Origin: Dipteris shenzhenensis
Lineage: Eukaryota
Length of the DNA stretch: 64,000 nucleotides
Reading direction: 5' to 3' (one strand)
Assembly: GCA_047967505.1 (NCBI GenBank)
Contig: CM106538.1
The position numbers were made by a program, and so were the translations under genes. The notes under the pieces were generated by a model. The model did not search any database. It was not told the DNA's origin and was given only the letters and a program-made list of their open reading frames with translations. Positions 25,820 to 40,722 of the stretch are shown piece after piece. Position 1 is the first letter of the stretch, and each line of letters begins with the position of its first letter.

Positions 25820-26881
25820 CACTTGTAGTCCTGAACTGACATATATCCGTATTTTATTACTTTCTCCACATTTTAGAGAAGAGAGAAAAGAGAAAATAGC
25901 GAATTTCTTACAAGGCCCCAAAATGAGCTCCCTTTTTTTCTAATGTGAAAAATTAATCCTCCAACTCTTGCGAGCCCCTGCTCAACTTCCTCCCCCTACT
26001 AAGATTCCTTGCCCTCCTCCCCTCTTCTCTCAATCCCCTATCATTGCCTCCCCTCTCTCCCATCCCTGCCTCCATCTCCCTCCTTGCCTATGCCATCTCT
26101 CCCTGCTCGTGATCTCTTTCTCACTCCTCCCACGGCTGCTCCGGCATCCATCTCCGCATGTCCCTTCATCTCTCCCTATGCCACCTCCCCCTACCCTCTC
26201 CTTGGGGTAAGCCATCCATTCCCCCCTACCCCTCCATCTCTCCCTCGCTCCCTCGTTGTGTGCCCTTACCCTCTTCCCTCCCTCCCTTCCGTGTCACTCG
26301 CTTCCCTTCAGCCCCACTTCTCATCCTCTTTGTCGTTCTCTCTAATCCAATGCACGTTGGTTTTTTGACATGTGATTTGTCAAGGCACAAAGCAAAAATA
26401 TTGGTGTTTGAACTTGTAAAGATGTGGTCAAAAAAAGAGTGCTGCTAGGGAATGACGAAGGAAATTTCCTAGGAAGAATCTACGGGATTTCTTCGTATTT
26501 ACCGACAACTCCCTCTGCTTGTAAATCCCTATTTATATAGGGGTCCCTTCCTACTCTTTTCATCACACCCCACATAGTAGAAAGCTGATAGCACAGCAAC
26601 CATCTTTGATAGCTCAAAGCTCCCAGAATTTAGTACCAGGAGGATCCATCTTTGCTAGCTGAAAACCGTACCCTCTCTTGAAATCTCTCAGAATTTTCAT
26701 AGGACAAGCATCATCTTATAGCTGTCCATCTTCGACAGTAGATAGTAATCTTCGCATCAGCAAGCTACCCATCTTCAAGCATAGCAATCTATCTATCATT
26801 CTCATAGGAACGCCCACTCTTGCCTTCGCCTTCCACCCTCCATTAGATCCACTAGCCTTCCATCTTTCCTCTCACAAGAGC

Positions 26882-28693
<1,812 letters not shown>

Positions 28694-29083
28694 TTCAAGG
28701 AAGGAGGGTGGGAGATTGCTGGATGGAGCTGGCTGCTCGATTGAAAACTGCGAAGAAATGGTTGACGGCGACGCGATTGTTGACGAATACCCTTCAATAA
28801 ACTTCTACGATATTATTATTATTGTAGATGTAGATGTAGAAGTAGGCGGCTTTGCCACCTTAGCATTTCGACTTTTCATATCTTATCCAAAGTGTTTTCG
28901 CACCACCTTTTTTATTAATAACAAAATCAAAATTCAAAATATCATTATGCTTGTCTTTCCCACTTCCAAACTAGAAGAATTCACCACTCCATTGCAAGAA
29001 TTTTCATCTCTCTTTGAGTTCTCTAGAGATTCTTATTGCCTTCCTATACTCTCAACCCAAGCCTTTCCAAGCCTTTACAAACG

Positions 29084-29362
29084 CCTTTTGGAACTTCAAC
29101 GTCACCTCTTAGAAGAACCAAAAGTAAATTTCCTATTCATAATCTAGTAGCTTTGACCTTCTCTAATTGACCACCTTTTGGAACTCCAAAGTCACCTCCC
29201 TTAACTAGAAGAACCAAAAGTAACTTTCCTATTCATAATGTAGTAGCTTTGACCTTCTCTAATTGACCACATTTTGGAACTCCAAAGTCACCTCCCTTGA
29301 CTAGAAGAACCAAAAGTAACTTTCCTATTCATAATGTAGTAGCTTTGACCTTCTCTAATTGA
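29084..29362. repeat. ~96-bp tandem repeat, ~2.8 copies, downstream of OPR
   Basis: 'agaagaaccaaaagtaa' at 29111, 29207, 29303. Confidence 0.85.
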
Positions 29363-31609
29363 AATCTTGCCAAATCTAAAGTTGAAATCTCACTACACAA
29401 TATTAATTTACCTTTTCAAACTACTATAGCATTGCGTGCGATAGGCTACTAGCTCCTATAAGACAATTGACTATCGCTCTGTTATTGTTTTATATTGTCA
29501 CCTCCACTAGTAGCCTTCCAAAGCAATAGACGAAAACCAAAAATACTCTCAAAAATTGCAATGTTTAAAAATGAATTTTTGATTGCCTCTCACATGATAT
29601 ATGATTTGTTTTGTAAACTTCCCTTGCCTAAATGTTACCACATGTTTTGATATGATTACACGAGTTGTTCTTAATGTATTGGTCCTATATAGTGTTAAAA
29701 AAAACCCAACAAAGTATATATAATGCCGCTTCAAATTTCAAAGCTTCAAATTTACCTAAAATTTTTAACTTTTCAATTCCTAAAACTTGCATGTTTTAGT
29801 TATATCCTTGCCTAAAACTTGGAATTGTCTAAGAAAAACTTGCAAATTCACAAGTTGAAGGTTTTCAAAATCTATAAATATAAAAGTCCTCTGTGATTAC
29901 TAGTCCCATGTTGATGGTCCATAGCATTTATGACATCTAATGTCTCACAATGCTAAAGTTGAATGATATGCCATGAATGTTTTGAAGTCTTTTAACTATA
30001 GTAAAATTTGGACATTCTCAATTTTCTACTCCCTCTGTCTCACTAAATTTATGTGAAGCTCATTAAAAATATGTGTGGAATGTTTTGGCTCGTTTGTGTG
30101 GAATGTTTTGACTCGTTTGCTATTTCTCAATCAATGACATTCAATTTACCTTCAAGTTATTTGTATTTTATATCATACACATTTTGACTACTAGATATGA
30201 TCTATTTCATCCAAATTGCAAGCATTATCCATACGCATCACCATACATCATAGAGATTCTTGACCACTCAAGCATCGCAAATATTCTTGCTTTATTTCTC
30301 AATCAATGCCATTCAATTTACTTTTCTATTTTATATTTTATGTTATACACACTTGACTAAAGCATCGCAAATATTAGCCATTTATGTCCATGTGGCCTAC
30401 TAGGTACCACAAATGCCATCACAAAAATCACGCCCAAATTCAACCATATAACAACCATCCTAGTTCTATCTCAAACATTATCTCCATATTCAAATTGCCT
30501 TGCCCAAGCATTCCACTTTCTTGAAATAATCTTCAATTTGACCAAGTATTCAACTTTCTTGACCAAGCCTACCACGTTTTTGAAATAATATTCAAGTTGA
30601 AATGAATTTTATCAAAGCCTTTGTGCAATACAAAGGTACAAGGGAAGGCATGCTAACCATGGAATCTTTTTGTCTATCACTAGATAAAATGGCTCATTTG
30701 GGTCATCCATTAAGGAAAAAGGTTTTTAAGTCTTCTAGGAAAAACAAAGGATGTTTGAAGGAATACTCAAATACGTAATGATTTTCATGAATGGTGTGAG
30801 TACAAGTATTCTAGCATGCAATGGAGCTTTTGTATTGACTTCAAATCCTACTTTAGATTTGACTAAAAAAATGAAGGATCTAGCATTTTATTAGAGGTAA
30901 TGTATGTGGTGAGGGAAAAACAAGCAAGACAAGTCACTATGAGAGATTAGAATCCTAAAAGTCCTTGAATGAAATCCTCCAACTATCAAGGAAGCACACT
31001 TTATAACCCAACCCTATAGGTAGATTACCACATCTTAAAATCATCCCATTATGTAAGGAGGAACAAACCAATTGGATGACTCTCCATCTTGAGGTCTAGC
31101 TAGCAATTGAAATGTTTTAGATGTATAGGGTGCAAAACTTAATGATAAAAATGACATTGGCCTTATCAAAGTGCCATGAGTTGAATATGATATTGGTATA
31201 AACATGAAATTTCATAATATAGATGGGCTAAGTAGAAAAATTCGAATTCGTGATTCGGAAAAATCAAGAAAATCGCTCGAATGATTCAAATGGAAGAAAA
31301 AATCGGCTTAAAAAATGGTGACACGTCACGTTTTTTATATAAATCACCACATCATCCCCACATTTTCATACTATTAACTTTTATTCGTACAAATAGGTAT
31401 TCATACGAATAAAGTATTCGTATGAATATACTTGTATTAGGATGAATACGTTCCTACGTTTTTGCATATAACCTCAATGTTTGCCTATGTCTCTTATCTC
31501 ATGCTTGGTTCCCCAGCCGAGCATAAGAGATCAAAAAAGGAAAAGAAGAAGAAAGGTCCTCAAGGTTGTGAAAGCAATATAAAAGGTCCGAAATAAGATG
31601 GATTTTTTG

Positions 31610-32375
31610 TTAGGGAGCTTTAGGAACTCATTTTGAGTTCCCGAGATCTCTTGTGAGGATTTTGGTTTTGGTCTTTGTTCTTTTGTTTGTGGGAGTTCTA
31701 AGCTCTCTTTATTGAGTTCGTTCGATCTCTTGTGATAAAAATATTTTATATATTTATGTGTTAGAAATTTGTTTATGGGAGTTCTAGGATCTCCATGTTG
31801 AGTTTCTTAGATCTCTTGTGAGATAAATTTATTTGTGAGGGTTTAGGATCTCCTTGTTGAGTTCCTTAGATATCTTGTGAGAAATATGCTTGTTTTTGTG
31901 TCTATGAAATTTGTTTGTGGGAGTTCTAAGATCTCTTTGTTGATTTTCTTAGATCTCATGTAAATATTTGTTTGTGGGAGTTCTAAGATCTCCTTGTTGA
32001 GTTTCTTAGATCTCATGTGAATAGAATTTTGTACGTGGGAGATTTAGGATCTCCTTGGTGAGTTCCTTAGATCTCTTGTGATAAATGGGCTTGTTTTTGT
32101 GTCTATGAAATTTGTTTGTGGGAGTTCTAGGATCTCCTTGTTGAGTTCCTTAGATCTCTTGTGAGGATTTTTGTATGTGGGAGCTCTAGGATCTCCTTCT
32201 TGAGTTCCTTAGATCTCTTGTGAGAAATGGGCTTGTTTTCGTGTCTATGAAATTATGAAATTTGTTTGTGGTAGTTCTGAGATCTCCTTGTTGAGTTCCT
32301 TAGATCTCTTGTGAGAATTTTTGTATGTGGGAGTTCTAGGATCTCCTTGTTGAGTTCCCTGGATCTCATGTGAGA
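31610..32375. repeat. Internal minisatellite of hAT (5' side)
   Basis: About 12 copies of 'gggagttctaggatctccttgttgagttccttagatctcttgtga' with variable spacers. Confidence 0.9.
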
Positions 32376-32732
32376 AATATGATTTTATTTTGTGTTTGTG
32401 TTCTCACACTTTCTTTGAATGAATATGTAATATTCTTTTGATAGAATGTGAAAGAATACAAAGAGTTTTAAAGTGTATGAATTGAAAGTTTTAAAAGTTA
32501 TTAGAAGAGTATTCTCATTCTTACATTTTCTTTTGAATGAATATTTAATATTCTTTCAATAGAATGTGAATTATTTTAAAAGAGCGTGATTGAGTGACAA
32601 TTAATATATTGCATGCTTGAACATGTTTTTCAAAGGATATGTGTTGTTTTTTATAAAATGTGTATTGCAATATGTTTCTATTGTATAGTCAAATAAGTTT
32701 TTTTGCATTTTGTTTTTGGCAACTTCAAAAGC

Positions 32733-34900
32733 ATGGTGTGTGGCAAGATTTGGTCATATGTGATGGAGATATGAAAAGTACATGCCTCGGTTTCTTTCTT
32801 GCGGTGTAAATATTGTGGATACAAGTTCACAGGTGGTTCTACTCGCATCAAGCAACATTTTCTTGGAATAGGTAGTGATGTTGGAGCTTGCACATGCACT
32901 CCATCTAATGTTCTTCCGTTATGCAAATCGTATTTAGAGAAAGTGAAGAAAGTGGTTAATCCGACCCTAATAAGAAATTGTGCAAATCAACAAGATATGA
33001 GCACTGAGGTTGATGAGACAGTTGAAGGAGAAGCACCAATAAATGCGAGGAGTGTATCCATACATGAAGGTGATGTAGATATGCCAGCAAGCGGGTCGCA
33101 GGTGAGTTTTGATGCGACTAATGTCTGTCAGGTAAAGAAGAGAAAAAAGGGAGAACAATCTTCTATGGAGGATGGATTTCTTTGACAACAAGTGCATGAA
33201 GAGCACTTAAGATGGACAAAAGCATTTGTTAAAAATGGTATACCATTCAATGTCATGAGAGATGACACGTTTTGTAATGCCTTGAAATCATGTGCTAGAC
33301 CATGATTTATTTTGCTAGATTATAATAAAATGCGTACAGATCATCTTGATAGAGTTAAACAAACTGTGGCAGATTGCTTGAAAAAAAATATATTGGACTT
33401 TATTCCTATATATGGGTGCACTCTTGTGTTTGATGGATGGACTAGCAAGCAGGCCAGACCCTTGATAAATGTAATGTGCATTACACCCAAGGGAACTATG
33501 TTTTTGGAGAGTATTGATACATCTCTAAAAGAAAAAACTTCGGCATATATTGTAAAAATATACGAAAGAGCAATTCGCAAAGTTGGTGGCAATGAGAATG
33601 TTACTGCATTAGTAACAGATAATGCATCGAATTACAAGACCGCAGGTGAGATGGTCAGCAACCAGTACTGCAAGATGCTAATGCTGTAGTGAGTTTTATA
33701 AAGAGTCATTAATACTTACATGCAGTATTCAGAGAGCACTATGTGAAGCAACTCGTGCAATTTTGTCAAACTAGATTTGCCACTTCTTTTCTAGTTCTTG
33801 CTAGATTGTTGAAAGTGCATCAAGCTTTAGTTGAGACAGTTGCTGATAGACGATGGGTGAATTGGCTAGAGAAAAAGACATAGTATGCAATACGAGGCTC
33901 TAAATGTGTGCATCTTGTACAATCATCTCTATTCTAGAAAAATGTGGAAAGAATAAAAGAAGATGTAGAGCCATTTGTAACAGTATTGAGGATGGTTGAT
34001 GCTGATGCCTTTGTTATGTGTAAAGTATATTGGAAGATGTCAAAAGCAATACGACAAGTTAAAGAATTTGTGTGCTTTGCCCCTAGGGAAAAGCAACAAG
34101 TGGTATATTTGGCCGATAAGAGATGGAAGCAAATGCACACCCCTTTGCATGGAGCTGCATTTGTAATACATCCACAATATCAAATGCATGCTCAATCACA
34201 AAATCCTGAAGTCATAAGTAACTTTTGAGTGCTTTGCCCCTAGGAAAAAGCAAGTGGTATATTTGGCCGATAAGAGATGGAAGCAAATGCACACCCCTTT
34301 GCATGGAGCTGTGTTTACAGTACATCCACAATATCAAATCCATGCTCAATCACAAAATCCTGAAGTCATAAGTAACTTTTGAGAGGTTTGTAAAAACTTA
34401 CTTTCGGGAGATTAAGGAAAATTGGCCTACCAGCAACGAGTGAGGTATACGAATCGCAAAGGCTCTTTTGGAGATCCTTGGAATCTTGATGCTATTAAGA
34501 CAACTATTGCACCTACTTGGTGGAAGGAATATGGTGGAGAGACATTGGAGTTGCAGCATGTTGCAACTCGTGTGCTCTCTGTTGCTGCATCATCGGGTGC
34601 ATGTGAGCGAAATTGGAGTGCATATGATTTTATTCATTCTAAGAGATGCAATCACTTAAAGCCATCAAGAGCTACATATTTCGTATTTTGCTTTGGAAAT
34701 CTACGATTGTTGAAAGGATTTAATGTTGTGGTGGTTAGGGCAACAAGCGAAGTCGATGTAATGAGAATTGCTGGACAATGATTGACTACAGAATTAGTTG
34801 CTAAGGGTGCATTCAGCGAAGAGGAAGATGAGCTTGAGCTACTCAGTGACAACAGTGAAGTCGCAGAGATAGATGATATTGTACTTGTATTGAATGCAAT
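32733..34900 (+). pseudogene. hAT transposase pseudogene (BED finger, DUF659-like core, dimerisation domain)
   Basis: KIW..RCKYC..GGSTRIKQHF..C; GCTLVFDGWT..LINVM..FLESID..VTDNASN; HTPLHGAAF; WWKEYG..LQHVATRVLS..SSGACERNWS. Stops and a ~150-bp internal duplication (34072/34230). Confidence 0.92.
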
Positions 34901-36448
34901 ATAGAGTGATAGAAGAATATGATAGGTGATAGAAGCAGTGGATGAAGCTCTAGTAATATCAGATATAATGTTGTATGCGAGGGGATGGATGGGAGAATAT
35001 GTCAAGCGATGGAAGAGCGCATATGCTCGTATCCATCTCGTCTCCTTTTGTACTTGAAAGCTAGAACCTTGTGGGCTACAAGCTACAAATGCCTAGATAC
35101 ACCTCCTCAGATGACTCCGAGAAGTGTAGCATAATGTTTTGCGCATGCAAATAATTATGCAGGACATTGTGTTGGTGCATGTAATGAATAGTGCAAACTA
35201 GTGCACTTAAAATATCAAATACATGTTGACGGACCCGTGGAGCTGTAGCAGGCATTTTCGCATCATATCTATGAAACACTAGAGATGGTTGCTTTCTATC
35301 ATGTCCGAGGTAGGTTAGCCATCTTTCCAAGCATGTGGCTTCTTCCAATGCTCTGGCCTTCAATGCATCAATGGGAAAAGAAACCCTCAGCACCTTACAT
35401 GCATAAATCTTGTGTGGATCAAAGGGAGCGATAAGAATATTACACGTGTTGACTGTTCCTTTTGTGCCTGTGCCCACAGTTGCACTAGGCATGAATCGAA
35501 CTCGTCGGCTGAAGCAGTATGGGCTGCATGGGTCTTGGCACTGCTACATGATCACACAAGCCATGTGATGTGCATGGTGCTTGTGCAGGCGAGAATGAAG
35601 GAGATGGGAATGTATCTGCTTGTGCAGATAAATTGTGCATTTGTGGTGCAGGCCAAAATGCGGGAGATGGAAACTGGTCTGCGCATGTGGTAGGAGGCAC
35701 AAATGGAGGCACAAAAGATGTGGTGAAATGTGATCGTGCATGTGGTGGGAGATATGAAAAAGGAGGAGGAACTTCTTTTGGGTATGAAAGATCTTGGAAA
35801 AAAGGGATACGGGGAAAGACATGTTGTGGGCGATGCACTGGTGCATATGCGTGGCATGGTTGTAGTGGTGCTTGCGGCTGCGTTGGGTGGAATGGGACAT
35901 ATGACTAGGGACATGGGTGCATTGGTGCTTGTGGTTGTGGTGGATGTAATGCAGCATCTGACTAGGGGCGTGGATGCATTGATGCTTGTGGTTGTGGCTG
36001 TGCTTGGGGGCATGGGTGCATTGATGGAAGGGAGGTCGAGGCAGCTCCTTTGCCTTTGTAACCTCGCCACGCATTCTTGATGTACGTGACCCTGGCATCT
36101 ACAGCAGGACCCTCCCACTTTGTGTCACATGAGTTTATGTCTCGATCTATTTGACCGAGGCATCGTCGACCCTCCTCGCTAAGTGGTACAAATATTGGTC
36201 TATAGACTCTACTATGAAAACATCTAGAAATCGATCATGCAAGGTCCTCCCTCCATAATCTGCCATTGTCCTCACCAAATTTTGTACACCGCTTTCACCA
36301 TTTTGGAAAGCTGTCTCAAGGATGTCCTGATCGACATTCATTAAGAAGTGTACATTCTCGTTTTTTAGCACCTTCCTCTAATACTTAGCGAGATCAGGTT
36401 GCTGACACTTCCTCTTCTCACTTGCATGAGCATCTCATATGCAGTAAG
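34900..36448 (-). pseudogene. Protein-kinase-like cargo gene inside hAT, convergent with the transposase
   Basis: VGTGTKGTV (Gly loop), YACK, LEE, IHYMHQHNVLHNYLHAQNIML (catalytic-loop-like), VYLGIC (DFG position degraded); upstream CCRCQGHVHQEC and Thr/Pro-rich linker; frameshifted. Confidence 0.65.
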
Positions 36449-36589
36449 CTGTAACACAGAATTTAAAAAAGAATTCAGTGCCAGGTACAATAAGAAACTC
36501 ATTAAGCCATAATAATTAACAATGCAAGCAGTCTAAGAAATTACCTAGGTATAACCTAATCATGGACTTCACCATCTAACACTAGGCTT

Positions 36590-37260
36590 CAATTGCAACA
36601 CACAACTATCAAGGGACAGTTGAGTGCCAGACTAAGTGTCTAAGAGCACATCACATGATATCTAACTTAGGCTGCAACACACAACTATCCAGGGACAATT
36701 GAGTGCCACCAGACTAAGTGTCTAAGACGTCGCATGATATCTAACTTAGACTACAACACACAACTATCAAGGGACAGTTGAGTGCCAAACTAAGTGCTTG
36801 AAAACATCTCTAAACTTAGACTATAAGACACAACTTTCAAGGGAGAGATGAGTGCCAGAATAAGCATCTATGAAAACATCACTAAGATTGGACTGCAACA
36901 CACAACTCTCTTAAGAGCGATGAGTGCCAGCCCAAAAGTTCCTACAAACAAACTTTTTTATACAAACTGAGATTGCAACACACAACTCTCTTAACAGAGA
37001 TGAGCCAGCCTCAAGTAAAAGATAATTATTTATATTATAATTAAAATTGCAACACACGACAAAAACAGACTGCAACACACAACTCTTGCAAGAGAGATGA
37101 GTGCCAGCCTGTCTACACACTTAAATATAATACAAAATACATATTAAACAATTTAAGAAGACTGCAACACAAAACTCTCCTATGAGAGATGAGTGCTAGT
37201 CTTAAACAAAGCAAAACAAAAGAAACATTAATTACTAAACGAAAGACTATAACACAAGTA
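36590..37260. repeat. Internal minisatellite of hAT (3' side)
   Basis: About 9 copies of 'gactgcaacacacaact.tc...gagtgcca', ~70-85 bp period. Confidence 0.85.
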
Positions 37261-40200
37261 AGGGTGCAGTAAGGTACCTATGACAAGAGCTGGTAGGTAT
37301 AGAAGTAAGCAGGAGGTGGCAAGTAGGCAAGTAGGTGGCTCAGGTGGCAAGGAATATAGGTGGATGTATTCGTATGAATACCAAAAATGGCAATGGTTGC
37401 AAGTTTATACTACGTTTATTTGTACGAATAACATCATCTATTCATACAAATAACCTATTCGTACAAATAAATTAGGAAAAATTGTTAAATTCGTTTTAAA
37501 TAGGAAAAATCATGATTTTTCGCGCTTTTTTGAATCGAAAAAAAAATTCGAGCAAATTAATACAACTTAGTAGATGGGTTGAATCAAAAACTCCTTAATA
37601 ACTCGCAAATCGATTATTATAATACTTTTGCCAATAATTTTAGATATTTATAAGTATCTATGTTTCTCTTTCAACCTTGATAGCAATCATGGCACTTGAG
37701 TGATGAGGTAAAAGCCTAGATATGTCACATAAGTATGTTACTCTAGCAAGGTGCAATAATTGGACTTGTAAGATTTACCACATAAGCTAGTGGCAAGATC
37801 TGGCACAAGAATTCATTTGCATTTCCTTGGAGATCTTGATAAACATATTGAAAAGTATACTATGCCATCATACAATGTGACACATCATCAGCAATCAAGT
37901 GACACATCATCGGCAATCAAATTGTTGATGATTGGTAAGCTGACATGGCATTGTTGTTTAGGACTCAATCGACACATCATTGGCAATTGGATTGCCAATG
38001 ATCGACTAGCTGATGTGGCTAGTGAAGCAAGCTATCATGTCATTGGCAATCACCTTGCCAATTATCAACAAGTGGCCGTGGTTCAAGAGGTAGATTGTAG
38101 GGGATTGCAACATGTGGTCCTAACATGGATCGGCCATGTAGTCCACTCACAAAAAGGAGTGATGGCCCATGTTCCCTCATGTTAGCTTTACTTGGCATGC
38201 ATTAGATAAACTAGATGATTAGGTAAGCCAATTTTTCTAGCCTCCTTGCCCTTAAACTTTGCTCTCTAGCTCTCCTTGCCCTCTAGCTCTGCTACCCTCA
38301 CCCTGTTGAGCTTTCCCCTTCGTGAATGAATCCTTCTCAAATCAATAAATGATCCCTTTGAGTGAGGTCCTCTTTGCCCTTTCCTCTTTGATATTGCTAT
38401 CTCTTCTTTTCCTCACCTTGACTTTTATTGTCCTCACTTGTTGACCTCACAAATTAGCTGAAATTGCTGCAAGTCAACTGAAATGTCCTTGCCTATCGAC
38501 CTCACATCCTTGCTGCTGGCCACACATCCCAACTAAAGTTTTTGCGAATGAACTAAAGTGTCCTTGCCAACAACCTCCATCCCCACTGAAGTCTCTTGAA
38601 GTGAACTGAAGTCTCAAACTGAAGTCTCCTCACCTACCCTTACCAACCTCACATCCTAATAGAAGTGAATTGAAGTGTCATAAAGAACATTGTGCCAAAA
38701 ATTTAGTTGAGGAAGGGGAGGAGAGAGCTAGAGAAGAGAAGCCGACTGATATTAGTTTAGTCTCACAGGTAGAGAAGCTAGCTAGTCCTCTTGCACCAAT
38801 GCTCGAATTCAATGAGGCTATCTCTCAAGCACTTACATATGTAGAGGGTGGCTCCTCGACCCCCCAAAGTTTAAGGAAGAAGAAAATTATGGAAGAACTA
38901 GGCTCATAAAAGTATGACTTTGCTTGCAAAATTATCATGGGAAGATTGTCACAATGTCCTTGCTTCACGATTGGCTCACAAGCCACTTTGTGGACCATGA
39001 TGAGAGGCTGCCAAAAGTTCCCCTCTATAGACTAACCCTAAACCCAACAATAAGAAATATGGAGGATCCCCTTTAAGAGATTGAGGAGATTTTTTACTTA
39101 CATAGAGACATATGTACCCACACAAGAGGAATTCATAGTGTCAAAAGTCTTCTTGCAAGTGAAGAGCCACTGCCTTTTGATTCACAAGATCCTAAGTTGG
39201 CAAAAGGCTATTGGTCGCAATAATCACACAAGTTTGCATTTATGCATTTAAAAAAAAAGATTTTCATCTTGATGGCTATCTTGAAGGAATTTGATGAAAT
39301 AGCTGCTATTGCAAATCTCCATAACCTTGCAACACACCATCAGCTTCCATTATCAAGGGAACAAATTTTTAAAAGGGAATGCATTATATTTTACGCAACA
39401 TGATAGAGGTGTCTTAATTTTTAGTTCTTTCAGTAGAGTATGTGTGCAGAGGTGTGATATGCAAATGTATATGTGTGCATATACACGGTTGTTTATTTTT
39501 TGCAAGCTTTGATTGCGAGCTTTTTCATCTTTTTGCGAGCTTAGCTTGGGGACTTGATTTTTTTGGTAAATTTTTAGAACATTGTATAACACAACTCTTG
39601 GGGGACTTCACATGATATAAGACTCACATATGTTGAGCAACACTTATAGCACAACCCTTGATCCATGATCATTTGAGAAGTAAGGTTAGTTGGCAAGGTT
39701 CTAGGACATGAATTTAGAGGAGTGTGAGAGCTCAACAAAAGAGGGTAAGGGTTTCAAATGATAGATTCTTGTGTGGTTTCATATTCAAATTATTCTAAAC
39801 ATGCATTGAAGCAATGTAGTGACTGGAAGCATGCACATCTTCAAAGCAATGCAATGATTGGAAGGCTGCATTTTTTATTTGAGGGTAATCATTTCAAAAT
39901 TGAATTCTAAAAAAAACCTTCAAATCATTGATCTTCAAACCAATGCAATGACTAATTAGAAGCATTCCTTCAAAGCATCTCTTTGGTCATGCATAAAAAG
40001 CATCGCGTATTTGAAGGAAAGTATTCCAAACTTGCATTCCATGCAAGCACTACAACCAAGGCATGCACACCAATAAATAGATCCTAATCTTGAAAACCTT
40101 TCATGTATCTTTAATCACAAGTTTTGATGACAATATACGTAATCCTCAAACCATATCACAAGAAAATCATGAAGATACTATTTGGGTCTCTTAGAGCCGA

Positions 40201-40404
40201 TGAAAGCCTTTATGCCAACAAGGTGTCCTAGCCCCGCCTAGCTCTTTGGGCTCTCTAAATCATTTCATAAGACAATTATAAATATACTCTTTGAGGTCTC
40301 TATGGATAAGAAGCTAACCTTTATTTCAATAAGGCCTCCTAGTTCTAGTTAAAAACTGCCAATTGTAAGTGTTCAATAGAAAAGTTAGACAAACTTTTTT
40401 CAAT

Positions 40405-40722
40405 TATATAGAAATTTGACACTCTAACACAAGAAATGGCTTTGTTCAAATCACACCGATTGTTTTGACTACCAACATGACCATGTTTGGAGTCATATTG
40501 ACCAAGTTATGGCCAAAATAAGATTGGTTGTCCAAGCCCCAAGCACTTGAGGGGCTACGCTAGCACAGCCCCTAGTCTTGCTTGAGGAGCTTGGAAAGCC
40601 AACCTTTTTTTGCCATAATTTGGTCAATATGACTCTAAGCATGCTCATGTTTGTAGTCAAAATGATCAGTGTGATATGAACAAAGACAATTCTTATGTTA
40701 TAGTGTCAAAATTCTACATATT
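40405..40722. mobile_element. Degenerate foldback/MITE-like inverted repeat (~150-bp arms)
   Basis: Arms tttgacact..gagtcatattgaccaa.ttatggc..ggggct and agcccc..gccataatttggtcaatatgactc..agtgtcaaa flank a central gctagc. Confidence 0.8.

Larger units (their letters stand above)
31228..37570 (+). mobile_element. hAT DNA transposon (6.3 kb) with cargo gene
   Basis: Perfect 8-bp TSD tagatggg (31220-31227, 37571-37578); termini ctaagt.../...acttag; palindromic tattcgta(c/t)gaata subterminal motifs at both ends; hAT transposase inside. Confidence 0.93.

Noticed and set aside
25243-26448. ORFs in TC-rich and C-rich tracts
   Set aside because: Low-complexity translations with no recognisable motifs.
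26529-26540. TATA box for OPR
   Set aside because: The best match is on the opposite strand and no transcription start evidence is available.
31610-32375. CRISPR-like repeat-spacer pattern
   Set aside because: Spacers are related to each other, the context is a eukaryotic hAT interior, and no cas genes are present.
37790-39300. Possible decayed retroelement or ORF remnants
   Set aside because: No LTR pair, PBS or domain motif recognisable.
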